DNA of 63,996 nucleotides, filler included, from Octopus bimaculoides (taxonomy: Eukaryota), in the NCBI RefSeq assembly GCF_001194135.2. It is 5 parts of 5 records of this genome, joined end to end, with 100 filler letters (N's around TTAATTAATTAA, not from the genome) between each part and the next. Parts side by side here need not be neighbours in the genome. Positions count along the whole stretch, not along the records: positions 1 to 15,770 come from NC_068989.1; 4 more parts are not named here. One strand, 5' to 3'. Position 1 is the stretch's first letter, and the number at the start of each line of letters is the position of its first letter. The notes under the pieces are model-generated. The model was not told the origin of the DNA, did no database searches, and worked only from the letters and a program-made list of their open reading frames with translations. This document shows positions 1 through 12,447 of the stretch, piece by piece. A program made the translations under genes and the position numbers.

Positions 1-154
1 TTACATATACACATGCTAATACACGACTTATAATACCCAATCCTGTTCATACGACTGGGGCAAACTAGTCGGTATACAGCACTTACTCAGTATTACCTGT
101 ATCCTCCTGGGTTTGGTTAAATCCAATACCCTCCTCAACCTTATATATATATGT

Positions 155-367
155 ATGTGTATATGTTTGTGTATCTGTGTTTGTCTCCCCAACATCGCTT
201 GACAACCGATGGTGGTGTGTTTGTGTCCCCATAACTTAGCAGTTCGGCATAAGAGACTGATAGAGTAAGTACTAGGCTTACAAAGAATAAGTCCTGGGGT
301 TGATTTGCTCGACTAAAGGTGGTGCTCCAGCATAGCAGCAGTCAAATTACTGAAACAAGTAAAAGAG
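155..367 (+). mobile_element. SINE family A, 3' half
   Basis: catcgcttgacaaccgat...ggtgctccagcat..cagtcaaat.actgaaacaagtaaaaga. Confidence 0.85.
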
Positions 368-1229
368 TTTGTATGTATGTATGTATGTGGGTTATCTGAT
401 GCAACTTTTTAAAGGGTGGGGGGAAAATTGATATTATCATACCCCTTGGAATGGCATAGGATAACGGGGGTGGGTATCAGTGGAGTGCAGTAAACTTCTA
501 CATTTCCCTTCTCCCTACGAAAACTTTTACATTCTACCTATTTTAGAAGCATTTTGAGACCATTTGAAATGAATAAATGGATACGCCCGGCTTGTGAAGG
601 AAAATTAAGATTTAGTAATTTAGGAATAAAGAAATAGTTAGTATTTAGTAATAACTAATTACTAGTGATAACTAATTATCATATCTCAGAAGTTCAAGTG
701 ATTTGCAGGCTCATACTAAATTTGATAATTAACCATTTGAATCTGAGGGTACACATTAGCAAGCATGATATCATTTGACTAAACTCCCTGCAAGAAGTAA
801 AATTGAGCGGTCATAAGGATTTGTGTTTACTGTTAAATAAAAGAATGTTTCTGCTATTCAGTATTCCGTAAACACAAAACCACATTGCTGTCCACTTTTG
901 TATCTCCAATGGATGTACTCAAACGAAATTGCAACTGCTAATGTGTACTCGTGAGTTCAAAAGGGTTAAACTAAAGCATATATTTTTACATGAAAATTTT
1001 AATTTTGGAGTTACATAAAACAATAGCATTGCATGGTTATCTTTTATAGGACATGTAAAGGGTATCAACACAGCTTTCACCTGTCTTTACTCAAGCGAAT
1101 ATCCACTGGTGAGTGACATAATAGAGTGGAACTCCAGAGGACCTAGTTCCGCAAAAGCCGTACTGGTAGTGAGTTAAGAAATAGAATGAAAGCAATAAGA
1201 CGTCAGGTGGCTGGATCAAAGGAGTAGCT

Positions 1230-1700
1230 TTTCTTCAGAATACATTGAGACGTGCTTCCACATATCAGGGTATATCCCACAGAGATTAAAGAGTTTGGAA
1301 TGTATAGTAAGTTCTGGAAGACAACACTTTTGATGTTTGGTATTATTTTTAGTCACCATTATATCTAGAAATGACGATTTGTTAATGCTTGTCTCTTTTG
1401 TAAATGTCAAGGTTTGGTAAATTATTCTGAAGGGCAGTGAATTCTGCTAAAATATCTACAAATTTTGTCCAAATTACAAAATATGCATAAAAATCATTTG
1501 CATTGATCTTGTATATATCTTCTAGAATCTCTCTTCAATTTATTGATGCAGTTTTTGTTACATGTACCCCATTACTAAGTATACAGGGTGTGATGGGTAA
1601 ATTGTTGCCATTTTATATCTTTAATTTCATGCATGCGCATTGTCAGTTGGGTACTGTCTGTGAGAAAAACAGCACCATGATGCAATTCACTCTGCCAGAA
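1230..1700 (-). mobile_element. Degraded Penelope-like RT remnant
   Basis: LTFTKETSINKSSFLDIMVTKNN resembles the PLE FTxExE..LxFLDI motif; upstream RRYI..FLCIF-like segment; several stops. Confidence 0.45.
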
Positions 1701-1759
1701 ATTTGGAAACAACATGCTGTACTACTTGTCATTCACACCAGCAGCTTCAATACGAACAT

Positions 1760-2226
1760 TTCAGAATGTTTTGGTGCTGGCCCTAGGTCAAGAGGGTGAT
1801 AGTTGGAAGATCCTATGTCTAGCAACAGGACTCTGCACCATGCCACACAAGCAGGAGAACCCAGTCATGCATGTCAGACAATTTCTACGACCACATCACC
1901 CCTAACATCTGGCCACCTAACTCCCCAGACTGCAGCTCTGTTGATTATTATGTGTTGGGCACAGTTGAATGAGAGACCAACAAAACTCCTTGTAACACCA
2001 AGTATGAACTGAAGGCAGGGATTATGGCAGCATTTACCAACTTAAACAAGGAAAACCATCTAGAAGAGTTGCAGAAGATTCCAAAGTCGCCTAGAGGCTG
2101 TAGTTGAAGCCAATGGCAATTTTATTGAATAAATTTACTCTTTAGTATTTCATCTTTTAAAATGAGATGTCAGTGTTATTTTCATTTTTGCGTAATTTAG
2201 ACGACAGTTTATTCACTGCACCCTGT
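1760..2226 (+). mobile_element. DD37D (maT-type) Tc1/mariner transposase 3' remnant
   Basis: QQDSAPCHTSRRTQ...IWPPNSPDCSSVDYY with 37 residues between the second and third D, then CRRFQSRLEAVVEANGNFIE*; in-frame stops. Confidence 0.85.
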
Positions 2227-2699
2227 TCATATGACGGAGCAAACTTGGCTCTATAGTTGTACTTCTGATTTGTAGCTAGTTTTTCTCACTGGTGTATATT
2301 TCAAAGAAAACAAACCTTACAACCAGATATGCTGAAATAACTTCAAACAAAATCTTATAAGGAACAGCTGCAAAGGACATTACAAAACACACAACAAAAT
2401 ACACATTACTACAACAACAACAATTTATGAACACTAATAATATGAAAAATGCAGACTGTCCTCAGTCTAAGAACCATTTTTAGATATAAACAAGAAATAT
2501 AGAGACACCAGATTGAGTCAAAAGTTTTTTCAAATTTTCTCTCACAATTTTGGCAACTTGTATCTCTATGTTATATCAATTTGTTGTTCAATCATTGTTG
2601 AATTGTCTATTCTTTATTTTCATATATAGCATATAAACATTAATGGTTTATTCTTTATTTTCACCTTTGATAATTAGTGGTGATAAAAATGCAATTAGA

Positions 2700-2895
2700 G
2701 CCTGTGGAAAAAAGAACTGAATACAAAAGCGGCTGCAAAAGAAATTAATGATGTGAGAGACTCAGGAACTATCAAAGAATGTGTGGTACAAAGCTGATGC
2801 AGACATTTCAAGGAAGGTGACATCAGCCTTGAAGACAAACCAAGGGCAGGGAGACCTTCTGTTGTAGGAGAAGAACCCTTGCTTGAAATGTGCTG
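2700..2895 (+). mobile_element. Mariner transposase N-terminal HTH remnant
   Basis: KAAAKEINDV...V..*CRHFKEGDISLEDKPRAGRPSVV is typical of the mariner HTH region. Confidence 0.75.
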
Positions 2896-2967
2896 ATAAA
2901 GATGACAGTCACCCAAGCAGAGATGAAACGTTTATTACAGAAAGTGGAAGGTGCAACTTATGCAAAA

Positions 2968-3120
2968 CCTTTTCTGACAAGTAACAGCTGCTTTGAAAGG
3001 TTTAAGGGTTGCCCTCTTTAGCATGGCATTAAAATGACTAGTGAAGCTGTCAGTGTTGATATAGAATTTGCTACTAATTATCCTGAGTAGCTGAAGAAAA
3101 TTATTGCTGAAAGAGTCTAT
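2968..3120 (+). mobile_element. Tigger/pogo (CENP-B-like) transposase remnant
   Basis: PFLTSNSCFERFKGCPL*HGIKMTSEAVSVDIEFATNYPE*LKKIIAE matches the Tigger F.AS.GWF.RFK...GEAASAD...YP..L.KII pattern. Confidence 0.75.
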
Positions 3121-3544
3121 AATTATAATTACACGTGTGTGTGTGTGTGTGTGTGCTTGCATGTGTGTTTGTATGTGTACATTGGTGCATATGGATTTGG
3201 ATGAGTATGTATGCGTGTCTAAAAAACTGGCATTCTGTCAGTTACAACAACAAGGGTTCCACTTGATTCAATCAACAGAAAAGCCTGCTCGTGACTTTAA
3301 CGTGCAATGGCTGAGCATTCCACAGACATGCATACTTTTAATGTAGTTTGCAGGGAGATTCAGCATGATGCAGAATGCGACAAGGTTGGCCCTTTGAAAT
3401 ACAGGTACTACCCATTTTTTCCAGTAGAGTGGACTGGAGCAACGTGAAATAAAGTGTCTTGCGCAAGGATACAAAGCATCACCAAGAATCGAACTCATGA
3501 TCTTGTGATCATGAGCTGAATACCTTAACCACTAAGCCACACGC

Positions 3545-4275
3545 AAAGATATCATCATCATCTTTTGTCTGTTTTCCATGCTGGCAAGCTGCACCAGGTT
3601 CCAGTTTGATTTCTAAGGCTGGATGTCCTTCCTAATGCTGATCCCTTTACAGTGTGTGCTGGGTGCTTTTAACATGGTGACACTGGCACGAGTGTTTTTT
3701 ATGTGGAACTGGCACAGAACTCTTGCAGGGAATCCTCCTCACTAGGGGAACCAGCCTTAACACTTGTGCTATGTAGAATGGATCTTGTAGATTGAGTATA
3801 ACAAGGTACCAGGTATTTTTGTCCTTCGTGATCTCATCTGACAGATTCAGCATATGAGGTCATCCTTCAGTACTTCATACTATGTCTTCCCACGTCTCCC
3901 ACTTCCATGTATTCTATCCACTTTGAGAGATCAACACTTCTTTATGGAGCTGTCAGCATCCATCTGCATCACATAACCAAACCAGTCTTCTCTCTTGCAC
4001 ACTGCCTCTAATTCCTAACTTCTCTCTCAATACACTAGCACTCTGTTGAACATGTACACTTACATTACACATCTAGCAGAGCATACTAGCTTCATTCCTC
4101 TCCAGGCTTCACACATCCTCTGCATTTAGGTCCCCCACCTCACTCCCATGTAGAATAGCTGTTCATATACATGCATCATACAATCTTCTTTTCACTCAGA
4201 GAGACAAACCTTTAGTTGTCAACAGAGGCAAAAAGCTCTCTGAATTTTCTAGAAAAATAAATATGTAGATTGGTG
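3545..4275 (-). mobile_element. RTE-clade LINE 3' remnant with family E 3'UTR tail
   Basis: Minus frames give KFRELLPLLTTKGLSL.V..RLYDACI..AILHGSE-like text; homologous to 7270-7980; ends in a (GAT)n tail. Confidence 0.75.
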
Positions 4276-4419
4276 CAATGTTGCCTTGGGTTCAGTTCTG
4301 CTGCACAGTAATTTGGACAAGTATCTTCTGCCCTAGCTCCCAGCTGACCAAATCCTTGTGAGTGAATCTGGCAAATGGAAACTGAAAAAAAATCTTGTTG
4401 ATACCTGTTCTAGTAACAC

Positions 4420-4626
4420 ACATAAGGTAACTACCTGTACCAGTGACACATGAAAGGCACCCAGTACACTTTGTGGAGTGATTGGCTTTAGAAAGAGTAT
4501 CCTGTCGTAGAAACCAAGCCAAAACAGGTTGGAGCTTGTTGCAGCTCTCTGGCTTGCCATCTCCAGTCAAACCGTCTAACCCATGCCAGCATAGAAAACG
4601 GACGTTAAATGATAATGATGATGATA
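4420..4626 (+). mobile_element. Family E (RTE 3'UTR-derived) repeat
   Basis: aacccatgccagcatagaaaacggacgttaaatgataatgatg tail. Confidence 0.75.
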
Positions 4627-5057
4627 ATATATGTATGTGTGTGTGTGTGCATGCGTGCATGTGTGTGTGTGTGTGTGCATGCATGTGTGTGTGTGTGTGT
4701 CTTTGTGTTTGACACCCACTACCAAACAAATGGTGTTGGTTTGTTATGTCCCCCATAACTTAGTGGTTCAACAAATGAAGCTGATAGAAAGTACTAAGCT
4801 TTAAAAATAAAAAAAGTATTGGTGTCGATTTGTTTAATCAAAATCCTCAGGATGATGCTCCAGCATGGCTGCAATCCAATGATTGAAACAAATAAAAGAT
4901 ACAAGAAAGTACTGCACACACAACAGATATTTCTCACATCAAACAAAATTTTATTACAAAACAAATGCAGATATTTTTTCATGTGAATTTGTGTACAGAC
5001 AATAGTGTTTATATAAATGAATGGAAACTAGATATAAAACATCCTTTTAATCAACTC

Positions 5058-5063
5058 TTTATT
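5058..5063 (-). promoter_or_regulatory. Candidate polyadenylation signal of XRRA1-like gene
   Basis: AATAAA on minus strand (tttatt on +) just after the stop codon. Confidence 0.5.
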
Positions 5064-5094
5064 CTGAGTGTGATGAAACACAAAGGAGGAAAAT

Positions 5095-5175
5095 TCAAGA
5101 TTGTGGCCTATTTTTGTCTCGAAGTTTTTGTTGTTGGCGTTTGTTAAAGAAACTATTCGCATAGTAATTTTCGAT
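5095..5175 (-). CDS. XRRA1: Terminal coding exon of XRRA1-like gene: IENYYANSFFNKRQQQKLRDKNRPQS*
   Basis: Strong acceptor ttttttcctcttctctttctacag| (phase 0), TGA at 5097-5095, AATAAA 32 nt downstream. Confidence 0.8.
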   Translation of the reverse strand: MENYYANSFFNKRQQQKLRDKNRPQS

Positions 5176-5495
5176 CTGTAGAAAGAGAAGAGGAAAAAAG
5201 ACAATAACATGAAACTAGATAGAAACTTATATTCTGATAAAGAGATTGCTGTTTGCTTGGAACAATCTTAATAATCATTTCATATTTACCATAAGGCCAG
5301 CAATTTTAAAGGAATGGAGTTAGCCAATTATATCACACACACACCCGTGCTCAAATGATATTTTTATTATCAACTTTGAAAGGATGAAAGGCAAAGTTGA
5401 CCTTAGCAGAAATTGAACCCAGAATGTGAAGAGATGGGAGAAATGCTAAGTAACTAGTCCCAACATGTTAATGATTCTACCAGCTTGCCTGAGGT

Positions 5496-5720
5496 TTAAC
5501 TCTTTAGCATTTAATCCAGGAATATCCAGCCAAAATATTCTACCAGTTTTATGTTCAAACTGGCCAGATCCAGCCTCTCACACCTACCCTGCAATGTCAT
5601 TCTAAAAACAAACAACCACATCTTCAAAATCTCAAAGCTATGAGATAATGCAAGATTAATTTTATAAAATGTAAATAAAGTATTACCTTTGACAAAGTAA
5701 TCTAAATAATAATGGATTAA
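5496..5720. mobile_element. piggyBac-type MITE
   Basis: TTAA-CTCTTTAGCATT start and degenerate ...aatggaTTAA end. Confidence 0.45.
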
Positions 5721-6333
5721 CAACTATGACATATTGGCATTTATCCTTCTCTCTCTCCCTCTCTCACTCACACTCTCTCACTCTTTCCCTCTTACTCCCT
5801 ACCTTTCTTTCTCTCTCACCTATTCTTTCCCCCTCTCTCTCTCTTTCTCACATGCACAAACATGACACACATTCAATAGAACCACAAGTCAATGTCATCT
5901 CAACTCACAAGTCATCATCCACAAGTGTAGAGGTTTTTAAAAAAATATCTTTTCATTCAGTTCTAAAACGATGTACAGTAAAAGAATTACAGCCAGCTGT
6001 CACTCATGAACAAGTATGCTTTGGTAACATGCATCATGCTTCCTTGTAATTATTTTACATTTCTATGTATTCACAAACAGATGTAGACACCCTATTGGCA
6101 TCCTCACCTTTGAGCAGGTGGAACACTCAGGTTATAACAGCTGGAGAGGGAAGTGGAGGCTACACCATTACTTGGCTAGTATTTACAGCTGATCAGACTG
6201 GAATAATATGAAGTGAAATACCTTGTTCAAGGACACAATAAACCACCTAGTCCATGACCTTATGATCATGAGCCAAACATCTTAACCACTAGGCCATGTG
6301 CCTTCATAGCATTGGATAGAAATACATCATTTC

Positions 6334-6726
6334 AGGCTGTGTGGTAAGTAGCTTGCTTACAAACCACATGGTCCCGGGTTCAGTCCCACTGAGTGGCATC
6401 TTAGGCAAGTGTCTTCTACTATAGCCTCGGGCCAACCAAAGCCTTGTGAGTGGATTTGGTAGACAGAAACTGAAAGAAGCCCATCGTATATATGTATATA
6501 TATATATGTGTGTGTGTGTGTCTGTTTGTCCCCCCACCATCGCTTGACAACCGATGGTGGTGTGTTTATGTCCCCGTAACTTAGCAGTTCGGCAAAAGAG
6601 ACCGATAGAATAAGTACCAGGCTTCTAAAGAATAAGTCCTGGGGTTGATTTGCTCGACTAAAGGCGGTGCTCCAGCATGGCTGCAGTCAAATGACTGAAA
6701 CAAGTAAAAGAGTAAAGAGAGTAAGA
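6334..6726 (+). mobile_element. SINE family A, full length (tRNA-like head, CORE-like ggcaagtgtcttc, internal microsatellite). Further copies: 4700-4905+, 12785-13172+, 15128-15285-, 18884-19293+, 24265-24480-, 26340-26548+, 29338-29430+, 40718-40922-
   Basis: B-box-like ggttcagtcc and a shared body and tail across about 10 copies. Confidence 0.85.
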
Positions 6727-7269
6727 CACATATAGCATACACGAGGTACCTTTGGCTGTTGTAGCACACCACCTTTTTTTTATATCAAAGCCAATCTTTT
6801 CTTATGTTTCCCTATGAGAGCAAACATTTGTTTTAAAAACCGTTAAGTTCAGTGGAAGTGCATGGAGGCACATGGCTTAGTGGTTAGGGTGTTAGACTTG
6901 TGATTATAAGATTGTGGTTTCGATTCCTGGACCAGGCAATGCACTGTGTTCTCAAGCAAAACACTTCATTTCACATTGCTCCAGCCCACTCAGTGGGCAA
7001 AAATGAATAATTCTGCAGTGGATTGGTGTCCTGTCCAGGTGGGGAATATATATACCATGGAAACCGGGAAACTGGCCCTTACAAGTAGCCATGACTCGAA
7101 AAGGTAACTAGCTTTTTTTTTTTTAGTGGAAGTGAGTTCCAGCTAATAGCATGTATTCAACTATATGCACCAAAAATTCCATGTCAGTTTTTCCTTGAAA
7201 TGAGGCAGAGCCGACCTGTTTAGTACAGATAGTCAGCACTCTCATTACAGAGGAAGAAGGCATTTACAC

Positions 7270-7980
7270 CCTAATTCAATGAACTGGTAATTTAGTTGAT
7301 CAAACTGTGATGCTGTATGGTAGTGCATTGTGGGCCTGGAATGTGGAGGACATGCAAAGGCTGGAGAGAAACAAAGCTGGTATGTTCTGCTGGATGTGCA
7401 ATGTCTGTGTGCATGTGCGACAAAGCACTGGTGTTTTGAGACAGAATCTGAGCAATGGAGGAATTATATGCAGTGTGGATGAGAGGAGGCTACACTGGTT
7501 TGGTCATGTGATGTAGATGGATGAAGACAGCTGCATAAAGAAATGTCAACTGCTTAAAGCGAAGGGAGTTTATGGAAGAAGGAGATCCAGGAGGACATGG
7601 GACGAAGTATTGAAAGCCAATCTGAAAATGTTGAGCCTTATAAAGGAAATGACAAAGGACCGAGATACATGGCACATTGCTGTACTCAAGAAGACCCACC
7701 CAGCACAACAGAATTGAGATCCTAAAACCAAGGTGTCATGTAAAAGGTATTGGTGTGGGTGCTAGTACCATGTAAAAAGCACTGGTGATGGTGCTACGTA
7801 AAAAGCATCCAGTACACTTTTTGAAGTAGATAGCATTAGGAAGGGCATCCAGCTGTAGAAATCAAGCCAAAACAGACTATGGAACTTGATGCAGCCCGAC
7901 CTTGCCAGTTCCTGCCATGCCAAGCAACCCATGCCAACATGGGAAGCAGATATTAAATGTTGATGATGAAGATGAAACAA
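7270..7980 (+). mobile_element. RTE-clade LINE ORF2 C-terminus plus 3'UTR (family E)
   Basis: MLYGSALWA..RLERN..MFCWMCNV...RRLHWFGHVM*...GRRRSRRTWDEV...DRDTW, then aagggcatccagctgtagaaa module and gatgatga tail. Confidence 0.85.
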
Positions 7981-8266
7981 CTGAATACATCATTCAAACT
8001 GCTAGAAAACCATTTCTCTACTTTGCCTCAATATTAATTTATCAGTAAAAGAAGGGCCTAATTTAGATATTGTGAGAAGCTGATTTATGAGATCCTATAG
8101 AGTTTTTGCTTGGCAATTATTAACAAAGAATAAGGTAAATTATAAAAACAGAAAAAAGAAACTAATAACAATGGATATTTAAGCATAATTATAAAATATT
8201 GTATTGCTACAAATCTGTGTCAGTAATGATCTTTTTAAATGATTGGTTTTAATTTGTTAATGTAAT

Positions 8267-8385
8267 GCTTACGGCCATATCACATTGAGAGCACCAGTTC
8301 TCGTCCAATCACCGAAGTTAAGCAACGTCGAGCCTAGTGAGTACTTAGATGGGTGACCGCTTGGGAAACCTAGGTGCTGTAAGCA
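8267..8385 (+). rRNA. 5S rRNA gene copy (or very recent pseudogene)
   Basis: 119 nt, GCTTACGGCCATATCAC...GGTGCTGTAAGC. The 5' GCTTACGGC and 3' GCTGTAAGC pair as helix I; box A-like AGTTAAGC and box C-like GTACTTAGATGGGTGACCGCTTGGGAA are present. Confidence 0.9.
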
Positions 8386-8393
8386 TCCCACAC

Positions 8394-8399
8394 TTTTTT
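8394..8399 (+). terminator. Pol III oligo-T terminator after 5S
   Basis: T6 run about 8 nt after the 5S 3' end. Confidence 0.6.
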
Positions 8400-8830
8400 G
8401 GCATTAGGAAGGGCATCCAGCTGTAGAAACTCTGCCAAATCAGATTGGAGCCTGGTGTCACCTCCTAGTCCACCAGTCCTCAGTCAAATCGTCCAACCCA
8501 TGCTAGCATGGAAAGCAGACGTTAAACGACGATGATAATGATGATGAGTTCATCATCATCCTTTAACATCGATTTTCCAAATGGTATAGGTTGGATGGTT
8601 TGATCAGAGCTGGCAAGTCCCAGGTCCCAGTCTGATTTGGCTTGGTTTCTATGGCTGAATGCTTTTAACATGGCACTGGCATGAGTACTTTCTACATGGC
8701 ACCAATGCAGAACTCTGGCAGGCCAATCCTCTTCACCAGGGGATGCGGCCTTAACACTTCTGCTGTGGGGGACAGATCTTCTTGAATACAGCTAGGCACC
8801 AGGTATTTCAGTCTTTTGTCATTTTGTTTG
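8400..8830. mobile_element. Two family E copies tail-to-tail (8400-8547 +, 8549-8830 -)
   Basis: gttaaacgacgatgataatgatgatg abuts catcatcatcctttaac. Confidence 0.75.
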
Positions 8831-9074
8831 AAAGGTTCAGCATTATTAATGTTAACTAGAAATTGGATTAATTGATTTAGATCCTTACTTAAATATAAAT
8901 TATAATTAAACTGAAGAAATGAAAAAAAAATTTCTGTAATTTTTACCCTCCTCTTCAAATTATTAGTTTCTGTTAAATTGTAGATAATTTAACCTATGTC
9001 CAAACCCAGCCCCAAAGATAAACTTCGAGGGATTTGAATAAAATTTTTTTTAAATAATGAAGTGAAACTTGGAC

Positions 9075-9239
9075 CTGTTTTATAAGCTTTCGGGCTTCTT
9101 TGTATTCTTCCTTGTATAAGGCTTGATTGTTGAATATGTCACCCAGGCTAACTTCATGCAATACTGATTGCTCTCGGATATTCTGTAGGATTTTATTGAT
9201 CCGCTCATCAAGACTGTTTCCAGACTTTGAAGCAACTTC
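9075..9239 (-). CDS. XRRA1: Coding exon of XRRA1-like gene: EVASKSGNSLDERINKILQNIREQSVLHEVSLGDIFNNQALYKEEYKEARKLIKQ
   Basis: Acceptor tttgtttttatttttcag| (phase 0), 55 stop-free codons, donor CAG|GTCCAA (weak; an in-frame CAA|GTTTCA lies 6 nt further). Confidence 0.8.
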
Positions 9240-9789
9240 CTGAAAAATAAAAACAAAGATAAAAATGAATAAATAAAAATAAAAGTAACACTCATTTCAT
9301 CATTTTCCACAGAGAAATGTATGAGGAGACACAGTACAGGAGGAGGAGAAAGAAGAGGAGGGGAGGAGNNNNNNNNNNNNNNNNNNNNNNNNNNNNNNNN
9401 NNNNNNNNNNNNNNNNNNNNNNNNNNNNNNNNNNNNNNNNNNNNNNNNNNNNNNNNNNNNNNNNNNNNNNNNNNNNNNNNNNNNNNNNNNNNNNNNNNNN
9501 NNNNNNNNNNNNNNNNNNNNNNNNNNNNNNNNNNNNNNNNNNNNNNNNNNNNNNNNNNNNNNNNNNNNNNNNNNNNNNNNNNNNNNNNNNNNNNNNNNNN
9601 NNNNNNNNNNNNNNAGGAGGAGATGGCAGTTACAGGACATCCAGACCTTGGGTCATCTTCAAGGCTCTTCCTTCCCCCTTCTAAATTCAGTTGCCCACTT
9701 TTACATTGTTGATAAAGCTAGAGCACCATCTCCTAATGTAGTAACTATGGCTGCATGAATATCCTTGGGGGTTAGGGTTAGGATGAAAT

Positions 9790-9895
9790 CTTCTTCACCA
9801 ATAAGATCCAAGCACTTCAACACTAATAGAAGTGTGTGGACTGTAAGGAGGACTGTTGAAAAATAAACTTCATTTCGTCATATTCTATTTTCTAC
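9790..9895 (+). mobile_element. Mariner 3' remnant
   Basis: KCVDCK..VEK*-like end (aagtgtgtggactgtaaggaggactgttgaaaaataa). Confidence 0.4.
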
Positions 9896-10113
9896 AGGTG
9901 CTTGAGAACAGCATGATGCCAAATTTTGTTAATTTTCAAGAAGATATTTGAAATCTTTTTTGAATAGTCAGATGTTAGTTTATCTGGAAAGAAATAATGT
10001 AGTTACTAATAAGAAGAGTTGAAATTAATGCATGCAAGATTTCACAGTTTAGCATCACTCCTTCATAATCAGCATATGAATTTTATAGCCCACCCTCATA
10101 TGACTACACTTAC

Positions 10114-10220
10114 CTTTGATTTTAGAACAAGTTCTTGTGTAAAATTCTTTGGAATACGTCTTTTGAATGGTACCTCAGTTTTCAATGCCTGGCGTAGTGC
10201 ATTGATATTCATTAATTTAT
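10114..10220 (-). CDS. XRRA1: Coding exon of XRRA1-like gene: (D)KLMNINALRQALKTEVPFKRRIPKNFTQELVLKSK
   Basis: Acceptor ttttccctttctgtgcag| (phase 1) and consensus donor AAG|GTAAGT (phase 0). The 107 nt bridges the phase 1 to phase 0 requirement between its neighbours exactly. Confidence 0.85.
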
Positions 10221-10364
10221 CTGCACAGAAAGGGAAAATATTTAGTAGAAATAACTGGGAAACATGTTTACAAAATATGTATACAGGACAAAATTATTTT
10301 ATAGTAAGAAAGGAAGAAGTGACAATACTAATGGGCTTTACTAACCTCTTCCTGCCAATGGTAT

Positions 10365-10740
10365 GGAGGCGCAATGGCCCAGTGGTTAGGGCAGCAGACT
10401 TGCGGTCATAGGATCGCAGTTTCGATTCCCAGACTGGGCGTTGTGAGTGTTTATTGAGCAAAAACACCTAAAGCTTCATGAGGCTCCGGCAGGGGATGGT
10501 GGCAAACCCTGCCGTACTCTTCCACCACAACTTTCTCTCACTCTTTCTTCCTGTTTCTGTTCTACCTGTATTTCAAAGAGCCAGCCTTGTCACACTGTCA
10601 CGCTGGATATTCCCGAGAACTACGTTAAGGGTACACGTGTCTCTGGATTGCTCAGCCACTTACACATTAATTTCACGAGCAGGCTGTTCCGTTGATCGGA
10701 TCAACTGGAACCCTCGACGTCGTAAGCGACGGAGTGCCAA
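10365..10740 (+). mobile_element. SINE family B (tRNA-derived)
   Basis: A box TGGCCCAGTGG, B box AGTTTCGATTCC; tgccaatggt duplicated at 10353-10362 and 10735-10744. Confidence 0.9.
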
Positions 10741-11989
10741 TGGTGAAATTGATGTGACTGAAGTTCTCTTGGAACATCAGTAGATTAGTACCAATTGGAA
10801 AAATGCAAATAGAGAAGGGAATTCCCTTTCTGATAAGAAATAATTAGAATAAATTTTATGCAAAGGTAGGAAGGAAGATAAGCTCAGTAGAGACAAATGC
10901 TGTAACAGATAAGTCTATGATAGAAGGGTATAGAGTAAGATAGTTCAAGCCAGTATAAACTGTTGTCATAGAGGTAGATGAAGCAGTGAGAAGGGACATG
11001 TGTGTCAGATAAGTTTGAATTAGAAGAGTGTGGGATAAGATCGTTCAGAGGCAGTGAAATGTAACAGGTTAGCTATGATCCAGTCGTTCGAACTTATTGG
11101 ATGCAGTATTCATGTGTTAGGTAGCAACACTATTCCAACTATGTGAGCAGTACTCCAATATATTTATGTGATGAGTAAAGGACTTTTTCGCAATGCACTT
11201 TATGAATCAGCTTTTACACGGATAATATGATGAACAAGCTTGTTATGATTCGTGGCTTTGAATTAACTGTTAGTGCTTTATTTACTTTTTTGCAGGGACA
11301 GATCTTTCAGATCACTTCCAAGAAAATGTTAGCAATTTCAGAAGCAAACCATTAATCACTGCGTTTAACTGATCCCTGTCCCACTGTTTAAGTCCTTCTG
11401 TTGTTCCCCCTCCCTCCTCACTGTTACTACAACAGCAGCTATTCTGTTCATCCAAATCATCTGACATTGCACTTCCTCTATCTAAATATAATTTTGTCCC
11501 ATTTTTCCTTGTCTTGCACTGCTCCCTAAACGCACCCTTCAGCCATACCTGTGCCTATATTACTGATGTGTATTTTTAGAATTCACAGTTCTCTAGTACA
11601 GCTACTATACTTTGTTCACTGGGGCTGTGGATTCAAGTCTAGTCATAGAAACTTCTCAGTGGTATGCAAATAAAAACGTAATGCAGCATCTCAAAATTTG
11701 CTACAGCTTTACCAACGTAGTAAATTGTAGTACATTGATGGTGTATGACTTAGTGGTTAGTGTATTCAGCTCATGATTGTAAAGTCATGAGTTTGGTTCC
11801 TGGTGGTGCATAGTGTCCTTGAGTAAGACACTTTATTTCATGTTGCTCCAGTCCACTCTGCAGGCAGAAATGTGTTGTATCTGTAGTTCAATGAGCCAGA
11901 CTTGTTACATTCAGTGTGTCTTGCTGGATCTCCCTAAGAACTACATTAAGGATATGCATGTGTATGGAGTGCACATCCATAAGAGTATA

Positions 11990-12175
11990 CTAGCTTTATT
12001 CCTCTCCAGTCTTTGCATGTCCTCTGCATTCAGAGCTCACATCTCAGTAGCATAGAGCATAGCTGTTCATATCCAAGCATCATGCAATCTGCTTTTCACT
12101 CTGGGAGAGGGTCTATTGTTACCAAAAGAAAGAAAGTCCTTTGAATTTTCTCCACCCTATTCTTATTCTAGCAAC
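11990..12175 (-). mobile_element. RTE fragment
   Basis: Homologous to 4080-4260. Confidence 0.6.
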
Positions 12176-12447
12176 AATTCTTTCAGAATATCCTCTACTC
12201 CTAATTTGGTCACCAAGGTAACAGAAACTATCTACAACCTCCAGGGAGCCTGCAATTTGTTGGGGGTGGAACAGTGGATTATAATCAATATCAACATCAG
12301 CACATTACAGATACCTTATTCCATCAACCCTCAGAAGAACACAAAGCAAACACAATCTCATTAGGACTCGAACCAAGAAATGCATCAAACAACAACCGCA
12401 TCAAATAGCAAAATTTAATGAAATCTTATTGTGGTAGGATTTCTCAC

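Noticed and set aside
10745-11110. Possible CR1-type RT remnant on minus (also 50330-50450)
   Set aside because: Only faint motif echoes; too decayed to call by eye.
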